This document shows, piece after piece, positions 34,532 through 44,122 of a stretch of 64,000 nucleotides of DNA (positions are counted from its first letter, which is position 1; every line of letters starts with the position of its first letter). The stretch is from positions 1,647 through 65,646 of the forward strand of contig CBDVBK010000006.1 of the NCBI GenBank assembly GCA_965372215.1, in the 5' to 3' direction. The stretch comes from an uncultured bacterium (GTDB lineage Bacteria > Fermentibacterota > Fermentibacteria > Fermentibacterales > JCC-6). Under the pieces are notes generated by a model that ran no database searches, was not told where the DNA came from, and worked only from the letters and a program-made list of their open reading frames with translations. A program made the translations under genes and the position numbers.

Positions 34532-37500
34532 ATGGAACGGAAAATGATTACTATAGACGGTAATGAAGCTACTGCGTGGATCGGGCATAAGCTCAGCGAA
34601 GTAATAGCTATCTACCCGATCACTCCCTCCAGCGGCATGGGAGAGTACGCGGATGCCTGGTCCTCTCAGGGTAAGACGAATATCTGGGGTACCATTCCGC
34701 TGGTCCAGGAAATGCAAAGTGAGGGTGGCGCTTCTGCGGCTGTACACGGAGCGCTTCAGACTGGAGCCTTGACCACCACTTTCACAGCATCGCAGGGTCT
34801 CCTTCTTATGATACCGTCCATGTACAAGATCGCTGCTGAACTCACACCGGCAGTATTTCACGTTTCAGCCAGAAGTCTTGCATGCCAGGCGTTGTCAATA
34901 TTCGGAGACCACAGTGACACCATGGGAGTCAGACAGACGGGTTTTGCCCTTCTTGCAAGCGCCTCGGCTCAGGAAGCAATGGACCTGGCAGTGATCGCGC
35001 ATGCATCCACACTTAAGTCAAGGATTCCATTTATCCATTTCTTCGATGGTTTCAGAACCAGCCATGAGATTCAGAAGATCGAACTGGTTCCGGATGAGGT
35101 TCTCCGCAGCATGATGGACGATGAACTTGTAATAGCTGCGCGAAACCGTGGACTTGATCCGAATCATCCGGTACTCAGAGGAACAAGCCAGAATCCTGAT
35201 GTTTATTTCCAGGGAAGAGAAACCGTTAATCCATACTATCTCGCAACTCCAGCAATAGTACAGGACTACATGGACAGATTCGCTGGACTGACAGGAAGGC
35301 ACTACCATCTGTTTGATTATGTAGGCGCGCCGGATGCCGAAACTGTACTGATCCAGATGACCTCCGGCTGTGAGACAGCGCATGAAACAATAGAGTATTT
35401 GAACAACAGCGGTGAGAAGGTCGGACTGATTAAAGTCCGTCTATACAGACCATTTGATGCTGAAGCATTCCTCAATTCGATACCGGACTCAGTACGGAAT
35501 ATCGCCGTTCTGGACAGAACCAAGGAATCAGGCAGTCCGGGTGAGCCTCTTTACCTTGATGTTATCACTACACTCTGGGAAAATGGAAAAGGTAATATCA
35601 ATGTGATCGGAGGTCGTTACGGACTCTCCAGTAAAGAGTACACCCCTTCGATTGTCAAAGCAGTTCTCGAAGAGGCCACCAAATCAAAACCCAAGAATCA
35701 TTTCACAGTTGGCATAAATGATGATGTTACAGGAACCTCTCTTGACATTCCCGACTTCGAGCTTGATTTACCCTCGACAATTCAGGCTGTTTTTATCGGT
35801 CTTGGTTCTGATGGAACTGTCGGAGCGAACAAGAACAGTATTAAGATCATCGGTGAGGAAACCGACAACTTCGCACAGGGATATTTCGTATACGACTCCA
35901 AGAAGGCAGGCGCCAGAACGGTCAGCCATCTGCGATTCGGTCCTGAACCCATCAGACAGACCTGTCTTATTACTGCTGCGAATTTTGTGGGATGTCATCA
36001 GAGCATCTTCCTTGAGAAGTATGATGTTCTTGGATACGCGGCAGATGGTGCCACTTTCCTGCTTAATTCACCATTCAGTGTGGATGAAGTATGGAATAAG
36101 CTTCCAAGATCAGTCCAGGAAGCAATGATCGTAAAAAAACTGAAGTTCTTCGTTATAGACGCCTACAAGGTTGCAAAAGAAACAGGTATGGGTGTAAGAA
36201 TAAACACTATCATGCAAACCTGCTTTTTCGCAATTTCGGGTGTGCTTCCCAAAGATGAAGCCATCCAGAAAATCAAGGACGCTATCAAGAAAACTTACGG
36301 AAGAAAGGGCGATGAAGTAGTCCAGCAGAACTACAATGCCGTAGATCAAACTCTTGCAAATCTCTTTAAAGTTGATTATCCGAATATTGTTACCAGCACC
36401 ATTGTGATGCCCCCTACTGTTCCAGAGGATGCACCGGAATTTGTCAAGCGCGTAACCGCAAAGATCATAAGAATGGATGGCGACAGTATTCCCGTCTCCG
36501 ACATGCCTGCCGATGGAAGCTGGCCCACAGGGACAACTCAGTGGGAAAAGCGCAATGTCGCGCTTGAAATCCCTGTCTGGGAACCGGATACATGTATCCA
36601 GTGCGGATTCTGCAGCCTTGTCTGCCCCCACGCGGCGATAAGAATGAAAGTATACGATAAGGAATTTTTGAGTAACGCTCCTGATACTTTTAAATCCACT
36701 GATGCCAGAGGAGCCAAATTCGAGGGGATGAAATTCACCGTTCAGGTGGCCCCCGAGGACTGTACGGGTTGCGGAACATGCGTACATGTCTGCCCGGCGA
36801 AGAGCAAGGAAGATCCTGAGAAGAAAGCCATCAATCTGTTCTACCAGCCTCCCCTTCGTGTACCGGAAAGGGAGAATTACTCTTTCTTCCTGGACATTCC
36901 GGATTTCGACAGGAAGAAGCTCAACGTATCTCTTGTCAAGGAATCACAGTTGCTTCAACCCCTTTTCGAGTACTCAGGCGCATGCGCAGGATGCGGGGAA
37001 ACCCCTTATGTCAAGCTTCTCACTCAATTGTTTGGCGATAGAGCCGTCATAGCAAACGCTACAGGCTGCAGCTCTATCTACGGAGGCAACCTCCCGACCA
37101 CCCCATACTCGAAGAATCATGATAATAGAGGTCCTGCATGGAACAACAGTCTCTTCGAAGACGCCGCTGAATTCGGTTTTGGATTCAGGCTGACTGCTGA
37201 TAAGCACATTCAGCTTGCCAGCGAGCTTCTTCAAAGACTGTCTTCTCAAGTCGGTGAGAATCTTACCGAAGCGATTCTTGGCGCTTCCCAAAATTCCGAA
37301 CAGGATATTGCGGATCAGCGGGGCAGAATCGCTGAACTGAAAAAGGCTCTTGCCAATATAGATTCGATGGACGCTCGACAGCTTGAAAGTGTAGCGGATT
37401 ACTTCGTCCACAGAAGTGTTTGGACGATAGGCGGAGACGGCTGGGCTTACGACATCGGATACGGCGGTCTTGATCATGTCCTCGCACAGGGCAGAGATAT

Positions 37501-38071
37501 GAACATACTTGTACTCGATACAGGTGTTTACTCCAATACTGGCGGTCAATGCTCAAAGGCTACTCCACTGGCAGCTGTTGCAAAATTCGCCGATTCAGGA
37601 AAAACACAGCCAAAGAAAGACCTGGCGATGCTTTGTATAAGCTACGGAAACATCTACGTTGCCCAGATCGCTCTTGGCGCGAATTATAACCAGACCGTAA
37701 AAGCGTTTGTCGAAGCTGAGAGCTTTGATGGACCGAGTATCATCATTGCCTATACACACTGCATTGCTCATGGCATCAATATGACATATGGCCTGGATGA
37801 GCAGAAGAACGCGGTCAAATCAGGCTTCTGGCCGCTTCTCAGGTTCGATCCGAGAAAGATCGGTACCGGCGAGAATCCTCTGACTCTTGACAGCAAAGAT
37901 CCCTCAATTGCGTTCAGGGACTTCGCGTATAATGAAGCACGTTTCAAGAGCCTTACCAAGACAAAGCCGGAGCATGCGGAGAAACTTATGGAACTTGCGC
38001 AGGAAGAGGTTTCGAGGAGATGGAATATCTACAGACAGATGGCTGACATGACCTGGAAAAAATCCCATTAG
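34532..38071 (+). CDS. nifJ: Pyruvate:ferredoxin (flavodoxin) oxidoreductase
   Basis: 1179-aa single-chain PFOR: opens ITIDGNEA, two ferredoxin motifs CIQCGFCSLVCP / CTGCGTCVHVCP, and the TPP region GGDGWAYDIGYGGLDH. Confidence 0.95.
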   Translation: MERKMITIDGNEATAWIGHKLSEVIAIYPITPSSGMGEYADAWSSQGKTNIWGTIPLVQEMQSEGGASAAVHGALQTGALTTTFTASQGLLLMIPSMYKIAAELTPAVFHVSARSLACQALSIFGDHSDTMGVRQTGFALLASASAQEAMDLAVIAHASTLKSRIPFIHFFDGFRTSHEIQKIELVPDEVLRSMMDDELVIAARNRGLDPNHPVLRGTSQNPDVYFQGRETVNPYYLATPAIVQDYMDRFAGLTGRHYHLFDYVGAPDAETVLIQMTSGCETAHETIEYLNNSGEKVGLIKVRLYRPFDAEAFLNSIPDSVRNIAVLDRTKESGSPGEPLYLDVITTLWENGKGNINVIGGRYGLSSKEYTPSIVKAVLEEATKSKPKNHFTVGINDDVTGTSLDIPDFELDLPSTIQAVFIGLGSDGTVGANKNSIKIIGEETDNFAQGYFVYDSKKAGARTVSHLRFGPEPIRQTCLITAANFVGCHQSIFLEKYDVLGYAADGATFLLNSPFSVDEVWNKLPRSVQEAMIVKKLKFFVIDAYKVAKETGMGVRINTIMQTCFFAISGVLPKDEAIQKIKDAIKKTYGRKGDEVVQQNYNAVDQTLANLFKVDYPNIVTSTIVMPPTVPEDAPEFVKRVTAKIIRMDGDSIPVSDMPADGSWPTGTTQWEKRNVALEIPVWEPDTCIQCGFCSLVCPHAAIRMKVYDKEFLSNAPDTFKSTDARGAKFEGMKFTVQVAPEDCTGCGTCVHVCPAKSKEDPEKKAINLFYQPPLRVPERENYSFFLDIPDFDRKKLNVSLVKESQLLQPLFEYSGACAGCGETPYVKLLTQLFGDRAVIANATGCSSIYGGNLPTTPYSKNHDNRGPAWNNSLFEDAAEFGFGFRLTADKHIQLASELLQRLSSQVGENLTEAILGASQNSEQDIADQRGRIAELKKALANIDSMDARQLESVADYFVHRSVWTIGGDGWAYDIGYGGLDHVLAQGRDMNILVLDTGVYSNTGGQCSKATPLAAVAKFADSGKTQPKKDLAMLCISYGNIYVAQIALGANYNQTVKAFVEAESFDGPSIIIAYTHCIAHGINMTYGLDEQKNAVKSGFWPLLRFDPRKIGTGENPLTLDSKDPSIAFRDFAYNEARFKSLTKTKPEHAEKLMELAQEEVSRRWNIYRQMADMTWKKSH

Positions 38072-38073
38072 AA

Positions 38074-38099
38074 GCCGGGCATAACTTACTTAACTAATT
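38074..38099. repeat. Left terminal inverted repeat
   Basis: 26/26 complementarity to 39181-39206. It contains the stop codon of the internal ORF (38094-38096). Confidence 0.9.
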
Positions 38100-39104
38100 T
38101 GTCTGGATATTATCGTTTACTTCATTAAAGCCTTTTTGTGATATTCGCTTGGCTAAAATGTGGTGAACGGCTGGCTGTGATATTCCCAGTAGAATAGCAG
38201 TATCAGCTTGAGAGATACCGATTTCTTCGATTAGGATTCCCACAAGTTGGAAGCGTGCCCTCGAAATCGTAGCTGTCCGACAACCACTCTTTAAAGAGTT
38301 TATGTCAACATGAAAAGCACTACAGACCTGTAGTATTGCCTCTTCAATACTATCGTGTTGTTCTCGCCTGTTGCGTAAATGTGTACCTCTATGCTCTTGC
38401 ATTATCCTGTACTCAGCAATTACAAACGCCTTAGATCCGAGGATTCCAAAGGATCCGGATTCATGTGATTCTTTGTTATCCCATTCTACCTGCGTAATTC
38501 CATCACGCCCTATTCTGAATGTACCGGTGGTCATATATTGATTCCTACTGACTGAGTAATCTCTTAGATATTCAAGATAAGCTGCTCTCCAATCCAAAGA
38601 TTCCTGTTCGAAAATGCCCTTTATCAATGACTGTTCCATCCAATCACAGCGACGGGACCCAATTAGTGCAGGATGACCTGTCCATGGATACTGTGCCAAC
38701 TCTGACAGAGAACGTACTATTCCCGCTCTGATGGGGTTGAGATGAATATAGCCGACAAGAGTTCTAAAGTAGTTCTTGTACTCCACGAGTATTGAATTGA
38801 ATCTGCCCTGAAAGACGTGTCCTTTCCTGTCCATTCTTTTATTATAAGCAGCAGAAAATCCTGTAAGGAGTCTATGCATACTGCATGAAAGTGTCGCTTC
38901 AAGTGGTTCTGCAAGCAGATGGAAGTGACTGCCCATTAAAGCCCATGCATGAATTCTCAGCATACGATCATCTACCAGGGCAGAAAGCCTTTTGAGAAAG
39001 TCCTTCCTGGTCTCATCCGCCCCAAGTATGTAAATGCCCTCCACCGCTCGGGACATCACATGATGAAACGTTCCTTTTCTGTCGAATCGGTATCGTCTTG
39101 GCAT
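38094..39104 (-). CDS. IS200/RayT-like Y1 (HUH) transposase domain fused to a C-terminal DnaA-C-like helix-turn-helix
   Basis: HUH motif (GSHFHLL). Catalytic-Tyr region GYIHLNPIRAGIV. C-terminal HTH-like ...ARFQLVGILIEEIGISQADTAILLGISQPAVHHIL. Confidence 0.75.
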   Translation of the reverse strand: MPRRYRFDRKGTFHHVMSRAVEGIYILGADETRKDFLKRLSALVDDRMLRIHAWALMGSHFHLLAEPLEATLSCSMHRLLTGFSAAYNKRMDRKGHVFQGRFNSILVEYKNYFRTLVGYIHLNPIRAGIVRSLSELAQYPWTGHPALIGSRRCDWMEQSLIKGIFEQESLDWRAAYLEYLRDYSVSRNQYMTTGTFRIGRDGITQVEWDNKESHESGSFGILGSKAFVIAEYRIMQEHRGTHLRNRREQHDSIEEAILQVCSAFHVDINSLKSGCRTATISRARFQLVGILIEEIGISQADTAILLGISQPAVHHILAKRISQKGFNEVNDNIQTN

Positions 39105-39180
39105 ACTTATATTGTACGAATATTTCAGGGATAGTTCAAGTGTCTGAATTTTATTATAGCTTCAGGTATTAATATGAATG

Positions 39181-39206
39181 AATTAGTTAAGTAAGTTATG
39201 CCCGGC
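39181..39206. repeat. Right terminal inverted repeat
   Basis: AATTAGTTAAGTAAGTTATGCCCGGC, the exact reverse complement of 38074-38099. Confidence 0.9.
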
Positions 39207-39208
39207 AT

Positions 39209-39557
39209 TGGTGGAGGCGGCGGGATTCGAACCCGCGTCCGAGAACAGGGATTCATCGGGTCTACATGTTTAGGCCGGATTAATTTCATCCTGATTCGGC
39301 TCCGGTCGGCCTTGTCGGACTAGCTCCCATTTAATCTCGCTGCTTACGTCTGAAAGCGGGGCTTCACAGCCAGCCTTCCTTCTTGCGCCCTACCCCCGAT
39401 CGGAAGACAATCCCGGAGGGGACGGCTACTCCTGTTTACGGAGCAGCGTGCCGTAAATTATGCGGCAGTTGTATCTATCCGCCAGTTTTACGAGGTAGCG
39501 GTACCTCGACATGCAATCGGTGAATCACTTCTGAACCCGTCGAGACCTGTCGCCCCC
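39209..39557 (-). ncRNA. ssrA: tmRNA (SsrA)
   Basis: The minus strand reads 5'-GGGGGCGACAGGTCTCGACGGG...GGACGCGGGTTCGAATCCCGCCGCCTCCACCA-3', i.e. the canonical tRNA-like acceptor/T-arm with encoded CCA. Length about 349 nt. Confidence 0.9.
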
Positions 39558-39693
39558 ACATCCGGTTCTTATTCAAACTATGACTATATTATCATATCTG
39601 TCAACCCCGGTTGCTCTTTCATGGACTTGCCAAATAGATAGAATTGGGTTATTGAATTGCTTCAAATTGAATTTCAAGTAATAGGAGAAAGAA

Positions 39694-39882
39694 ATGTCCT
39701 GGAAATGTGATATCTGTGGTAAAGGACCTACTGTAGGGAATCGTGTCAGCCATTCAAACAGGCATACGAAGCACGTCTGGAAGCCGAACCTTCAGAATGC
39801 AAGAATTCTTGTGAATGGTAAAATGAAAAAAGTAAAGGTTTGCACGACCTGTCTGAAATCCGGTAAAGTACAAAAGGTCTGA
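39694..39882 (+). CDS. rpmB: 50S ribosomal protein L28
   Basis: 62 aa, C..CGKGP.VGN.VSHSN..TK..W.PNLQ signature. AGGAGA RBS. Confidence 0.9.
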   Translation: MSWKCDICGKGPTVGNRVSHSNRHTKHVWKPNLQNARILVNGKMKKVKVCTTCLKSGKVQKV

Positions 39883-39904
39883 TTATTACATTAATCTTAT
39901 TGAG

Positions 39905-39931
39905 GCGGGAATCACATGATTCCCGCTTTTT
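39905..39931. terminator. Rho-independent terminator after rpmB
   Basis: GCGGGAATC-ACAT-GATTCCCGC followed by TTTTT (39927-39931). It abuts the stop of the convergent gene. Confidence 0.8.
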
Positions 39932-41588
39932 ATGATTTATCAGTCCCGGGTTTGTCAGTTTCTTTTTCAAGAGATTTAATACGATTCTGATGACCAGTGA
40001 ATGATGATTGGTATTCCCTGGCCAGCCTTGTGTGACCAAATCCCATATTAAGAAAATCCCACTCGAATGAAATATCGGTATCAAGCTCTTCAAGTACCCA
40101 CCTGATACTGATACCAGCCCGTTTGAAAGCAGTATTCCAACCTACTCCGGAAAGTTTCTCTTCAAGCACGTAACTGGTTCTGTGATCTCCCCTTGCGAGC
40201 AGTGCTCTGATATGAGCATTTCTAGGTTCTTCATATTCAATAAATACTTTTTTAAGGCGTTTAAATCCTGTTTCAAGTTCCTTAATCCATTCTCTGAGAT
40301 CTGTAGAACTTGCCATGGAGGACCATTGGAATGCAGTCCAGGGTTTAGGAATAAAGGGATTTACGCTGACATGTATTGGCAGAGATGTTCTATTCCTGAC
40401 TTCTGACACAAAATCGAGAATACCCTTTCTGTCACTATCCATCTCAAACGGAAGTCCCAGCATGAAATGGATTATGATATCTGTCACATTATTTATAGAA
40501 TGCTTCTCCACTGACTCGAACATCGTACTGTTTTCAAGTTTCTTGCCAATAATCTTTCTCAGAGAATCAGTTCCGGTTTCCGGTGCAAGAATCAGGGCTC
40601 TTTCAGAAAATCGCTGAGTCAATTCTTCAGTTCTATTTGAATCAAGTAACACATCTGAAAAACATGTTTCCGCTGTATTTATCATCCTTTGCAGATCAGG
40701 ATGAGATCTGGGCGAACTTCCGAGAATGGTTATCCTGTCAATATCCGGAAGGTTTCTGATAGACTCCTCGATATCTTCGAGCTTACATTCCCTGTAAGGA
40801 AGACTTACATAACCTAACTGACAAAATTTGCAGTTATAAGGACATCCACGTGATATTTCCTGCATAACCGTCTCACCGCGTTCACATTCAGAAGATGTTA
40901 TGCAGGATGTTGAACCCATTCCTTCAGATCCGGCCCACTGACGCATAATTGAATTAACCTGACCGGGAATCTCATGAACTGATGGTATATACATTCCAGG
41001 CAATGATGCCAGCCTTCTGAGTAATTTCTTCTTTGAAGCTCCCTGGGCACCAAGGCTCTTGATTGTGTCCAGTACCGGACCAAGGGAAGGTTCGGTTTCT
41101 CCAATAACAAATGCATCCATGAAAAGTGAAAGTGGCATCGGGTTCGCAGTAACGGAAATTCCAGTTGCAATTACAAGAGGCCATTTATCAATTCTGGTCT
41201 CAGATCTGAGCTCAATACCGGAAAGACTCATCATCTGTAGAATTCTGATATAGTCAGCTTCTTCTGATGGAGTAAAAACCAGCAGATCACAATCCTTTAT
41301 TGATTCCCCGGTTTCGAGTGTTATCACGGGGTGATCGTATCGACTTCTCCAGTGATATTCATCGAGAACCGGAAAAAACGATCTTTCACAGCAGGTTTCA
41401 GGCCAGGAAGCCAGTTGCTGATATACACTCTGAAAAACGAGAGAGGACATAGCAAAACTGTATTCCCTGGGTGAAGCCAGTACTATTTCAAAAATTCCAT
41501 GTTCTGAAACAGTCTGATGACATGTTTCCTTCGCAAGTATCCTGAGTCGATTCTCTTCGTAATGCTCGGCTGCAGGTTTTCGGCTCAT
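39930..41588 (-). CDS. Large radical SAM protein (TIGR03960-like)
   Basis: CPYNCKFC motif within EISRGCPYNCKFCQLG. N-terminal FEIVLASPREYSFAMSSLVFQSVY resembles the TIGR03960 opening. The ATG at 41588 has GGAGGG upstream (ORF extends to 41633). Confidence 0.65.
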   Translation of the reverse strand: MSRKPAAEHYEENRLRILAKETCHQTVSEHGIFEIVLASPREYSFAMSSLVFQSVYQQLASWPETCCERSFFPVLDEYHWRSRYDHPVITLETGESIKDCDLLVFTPSEEADYIRILQMMSLSGIELRSETRIDKWPLVIATGISVTANPMPLSLFMDAFVIGETEPSLGPVLDTIKSLGAQGASKKKLLRRLASLPGMYIPSVHEIPGQVNSIMRQWAGSEGMGSTSCITSSECERGETVMQEISRGCPYNCKFCQLGYVSLPYRECKLEDIEESIRNLPDIDRITILGSSPRSHPDLQRMINTAETCFSDVLLDSNRTEELTQRFSERALILAPETGTDSLRKIIGKKLENSTMFESVEKHSINNVTDIIIHFMLGLPFEMDSDRKGILDFVSEVRNRTSLPIHVSVNPFIPKPWTAFQWSSMASSTDLREWIKELETGFKRLKKVFIEYEEPRNAHIRALLARGDHRTSYVLEEKLSGVGWNTAFKRAGISIRWVLEELDTDISFEWDFLNMGFGHTRLAREYQSSFTGHQNRIKSLEKETDKPGTDKS

Positions 41589-41704
41589 ATATATTACCCT
41601 CCATTCACGGATGTGGATAATATAGGGAAACAAATAGCATATAGCTAGATAAATAGGTTATATTGTTGTTATCATGTGTATTATCCCTCATCAAACCATT
41701 TACG

Positions 41705-42862
41705 CTATCGTCTGAGAAATGGCGGATGCTTCTTCCTTTCCTCTTTGTTGCTGGTTCTGGCAGCTCCAAGAGTAAACGGGATCGAGCTGCGTTCACCGGA
41801 TCCAGACGATGTATTTACCTGTAATCTATCAGGGATTCTAAAATCCATCTCTTCTAGCTCAGTATCTTCCATTTCCCCGAACCCTGTCGCAATTACTGTT
41901 ACCTTGAGTTTATCCCCCATCTCTTCAATCGTACTTGTTCCCAGAGATACATCCGCCTGAGGTCCAACGGCTTTTGTAACTATCTCCACTGCTTCATGAA
42001 ACTCTGTAAACTTCATTCTCGAAGAGGCCTGTACACTCACGAGAAGTGACTTGGCTCCCTCAATTGAAACATTCTCAAGCAATGGATCTGAAATCGCTCG
42101 TCTGGCAGCTTCAGATGCCCTGTGCTCTCCGCTGCAGCATCCTGTACCCATCATGGCTCCGCCGCCAGTTGTTATAACTTTCTTAATATCCTGAAAGTCA
42201 AGGTTCATCAGACCTGGTGATAAGATAATATTAGCAATACCCTCTACAGCATCTTTAAGGGTTTTGTTACCCCTTTCAAGTGCGCCGATCAGTGTCTCGT
42301 CCTCACCTGCTTCACGGAGCAGACTATCATTCGGAATCACAATGAGAGTATCGACTTCTTTCTTGAGCGCGGATATTCCCTGTTCAGCTCTGATCTTCTT
42401 CACAGAGCCCTCGATTTCAAATGGTCTTGTTATCACTCCGACAGTTATGGCACCAAGTTCTCTTGCAATCCGGGCTACGACCGGAGCAGCTCCGGTACCT
42501 GTTCCTCCGCCCATCCCAGCTGTGATGAAAACCATGCTGCTGTCCTGAAGGTTTTCTTCAATTTCATTTCTGCTCTCTTCCGCAGAACTTTCTCCAGTTT
42601 CACAGTTTCCTCCGGCGCCAAGACCACCGGTCAGCTTGAGGCCCAGCTGAACTGTCAGATCAGCCTTGCAATTGTTCAAAGCCTGTAGATCAGTATTCAT
42701 AGCTATATATTCTACACCGACTATGTTAGCACTAAGCATACGATCAATTGCATTACAGCCACATCCTCCAATCCCGGTAACTGTTATTTTGGGTTTTCCG
42801 CGGTATTCCTCGGTCACATCAACGATCTGAAGTCGAGGTCCATCCTCCTTCGGTATCATCAT
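41705..42862 (-). CDS. ftsZ: Cell division protein FtsZ
   Basis: GIGGCGCNA and [13 protein letters not shown] tubulin signature. Confidence 0.95.
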   Translation of the reverse strand: MMIPKEDGPRLQIVDVTEEYRGKPKITVTGIGGCGCNAIDRMLSANIVGVEYIAMNTDLQALNNCKADLTVQLGLKLTGGLGAGGNCETGESSAEESRNEIEENLQDSSMVFITAGMGGGTGTGAAPVVARIARELGAITVGVITRPFEIEGSVKKIRAEQGISALKKEVDTLIVIPNDSLLREAGEDETLIGALERGNKTLKDAVEGIANIILSPGLMNLDFQDIKKVITTGGGAMMGTGCCSGEHRASEAARRAISDPLLENVSIEGAKSLLVSVQASSRMKFTEFHEAVEIVTKAVGPQADVSLGTSTIEEMGDKLKVTVIATGFGEMEDTELEEMDFRIPDRLQVNTSSGSGERSSIPFTLGAARTSNKEERKKHPPFLRR

Positions 42863-42877
42863 TCCTCCTTTTGTTTA

Positions 42878-44122
42878 TTATCTCAATCTGTTAAATAACC
42901 CTTTTATACGAATAACTACATTTTCAATAGGATTCAGCCATTTTCTATACTCGTATTCGCTCTTCTCTTCTCTGGATAGAAGTACCAACCCTACCGCAGT
43001 AGCGAATTCGGGTGTTTCTGCAAGAGGTGAAGCCATATTCAGGCCTAATGATGTTCCTACCTCTGCCGGGAGCCCCATAACTCTTGAAGCCGCCCTGGTT
43101 ATTCCATTAAGGTGTGATGTTCCGCCAGTCAGCACAATTCCTGCGGGTAGATCAGTTTGCTGTATTCCAGCCCTGTTGATTTCATTCATAATATCATTCA
43201 TCAATTCATGAATTCGTCTGGAAGCAATACCCGAAATCATCTCGGATGATATGGATATGGAGTTTCTCCCACCGAAAGTACTGGCAGTTATGCTTCTCTC
43301 TCCACGTTTTTCATTACCTGAAACATCTGAGTATTCCTTCTTCAACCTTTCAGCCTCTGAGCGCGGAACGCGTAATTGCTGAAGATCTCTGGTTATTGCT
43401 TCACCACCGATGGGAATGACAGCAAGATGAGCAAGAGTACCCGAATAAAACACGGCGATATCCGTAGTACTTGCTCCAATGTCAGCAAGAGCCACACCAA
43501 TTTCCATTTCATCTCTTGTAAGCACTGCTCTCGCTCCGGCTGATGCTGAAGGATAAATCCTGGAGATCTTGCGACCGGTATTATGTATGACCTGCTCAAG
43601 GTTCAGAATAGCTGATCTGTCTGCGGTGACCATATAAATGTCAGCTGTAAGTCTCTCTGCGCGAAGACCTATAGGGGGTTTGAACAATCTGTCAAAACCA
43701 TCAATGGAGTATCCGCACTTCACTGTTCGAAGTACGATCGATTCGCGTGGAAGTTTTATCAGTTGTGCGGTTTCCAATGCATCTTCAATGTCCATCCAGG
43801 TTATTTCACCGGAGCTGAGATCTCCTTCTCTGTCGATATTCACAGTTCCCCTGCCATGCAGTCCTCTGACATGAGTACCACTGATCGACACAGCAGTATC
43901 AGATATTTCCCATCCGGAAAGCGATTCAGCTTCTTCCATAGCATTCACGGCTGCATCAGTTGCACCCTGAAGATCCACTATCATGCCAGAGCGAACACTA
44001 TCCCCGGTACTGGCCTGACCTGCGCCGGTGATATGAAGAACTCCCTGATCATCTACTTCAGCAACAATGCATGTTACTCTTTCACTTCCTATATCCAGAC
44101 CGGCAAGCACATTTCGACTCAT
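42878..44122 (-). CDS. ftsA: Cell division protein FtsA
   Basis: Actin-like ATPase motifs (LDIGSERV, DIGASTTDI, LTGGTSHL). Position between ftsQ and ftsZ. Confidence 0.9.
   Translation of the reverse strand: MSRNVLAGLDIGSERVTCIVAEVDDQGVLHITGAGQASTGDSVRSGMIVDLQGATDAAVNAMEEAESLSGWEISDTAVSISGTHVRGLHGRGTVNIDREGDLSSGEITWMDIEDALETAQLIKLPRESIVLRTVKCGYSIDGFDRLFKPPIGLRAERLTADIYMVTADRSAILNLEQVIHNTGRKISRIYPSASAGARAVLTRDEMEIGVALADIGASTTDIAVFYSGTLAHLAVIPIGGEAITRDLQQLRVPRSEAERLKKEYSDVSGNEKRGERSITASTFGGRNSISISSEMISGIASRRIHELMNDIMNEINRAGIQQTDLPAGIVLTGGTSHLNGITRAASRVMGLPAEVGTSLGLNMASPLAETPEFATAVGLVLLSREEKSEYEYRKWLNPIENVVIRIKGLFNRLR

Larger units (their letters stand above)
38074..39206. mobile_element. 1133-bp element bounded by perfect 26-bp inverted repeats, carrying a Y1 (HUH) transposase-like gene
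   Basis: GCCGGGCATAACTTACTTAACTAATT at 38074-38099 and its exact reverse complement at 39181-39206. The element holds a single ORF. It lies 2 nt after the PFOR stop and 2 nt before the tmRNA 3' end. Confidence 0.75.

Noticed and set aside
39181-39230. Classical tmRNA-targeting genomic island (integrase type with duplicated ssrA 3' end)
   Set aside because: No copy of the ssrA 3' segment is present on the far (38072) side of the element, and no tyrosine/serine integrase is encoded. The element ends just outside ssrA rather than within it.
39558-39693. Small hairpins (TTGAATTGCTTCAA etc.) in the rpmB leader as a possible ribosomal-protein autoregulatory element
   Set aside because: The stems are only 5 bp and AT-rich, so they are indistinguishable from chance in an AT-rich intergenic region, and I recognise no L28 leader motif.
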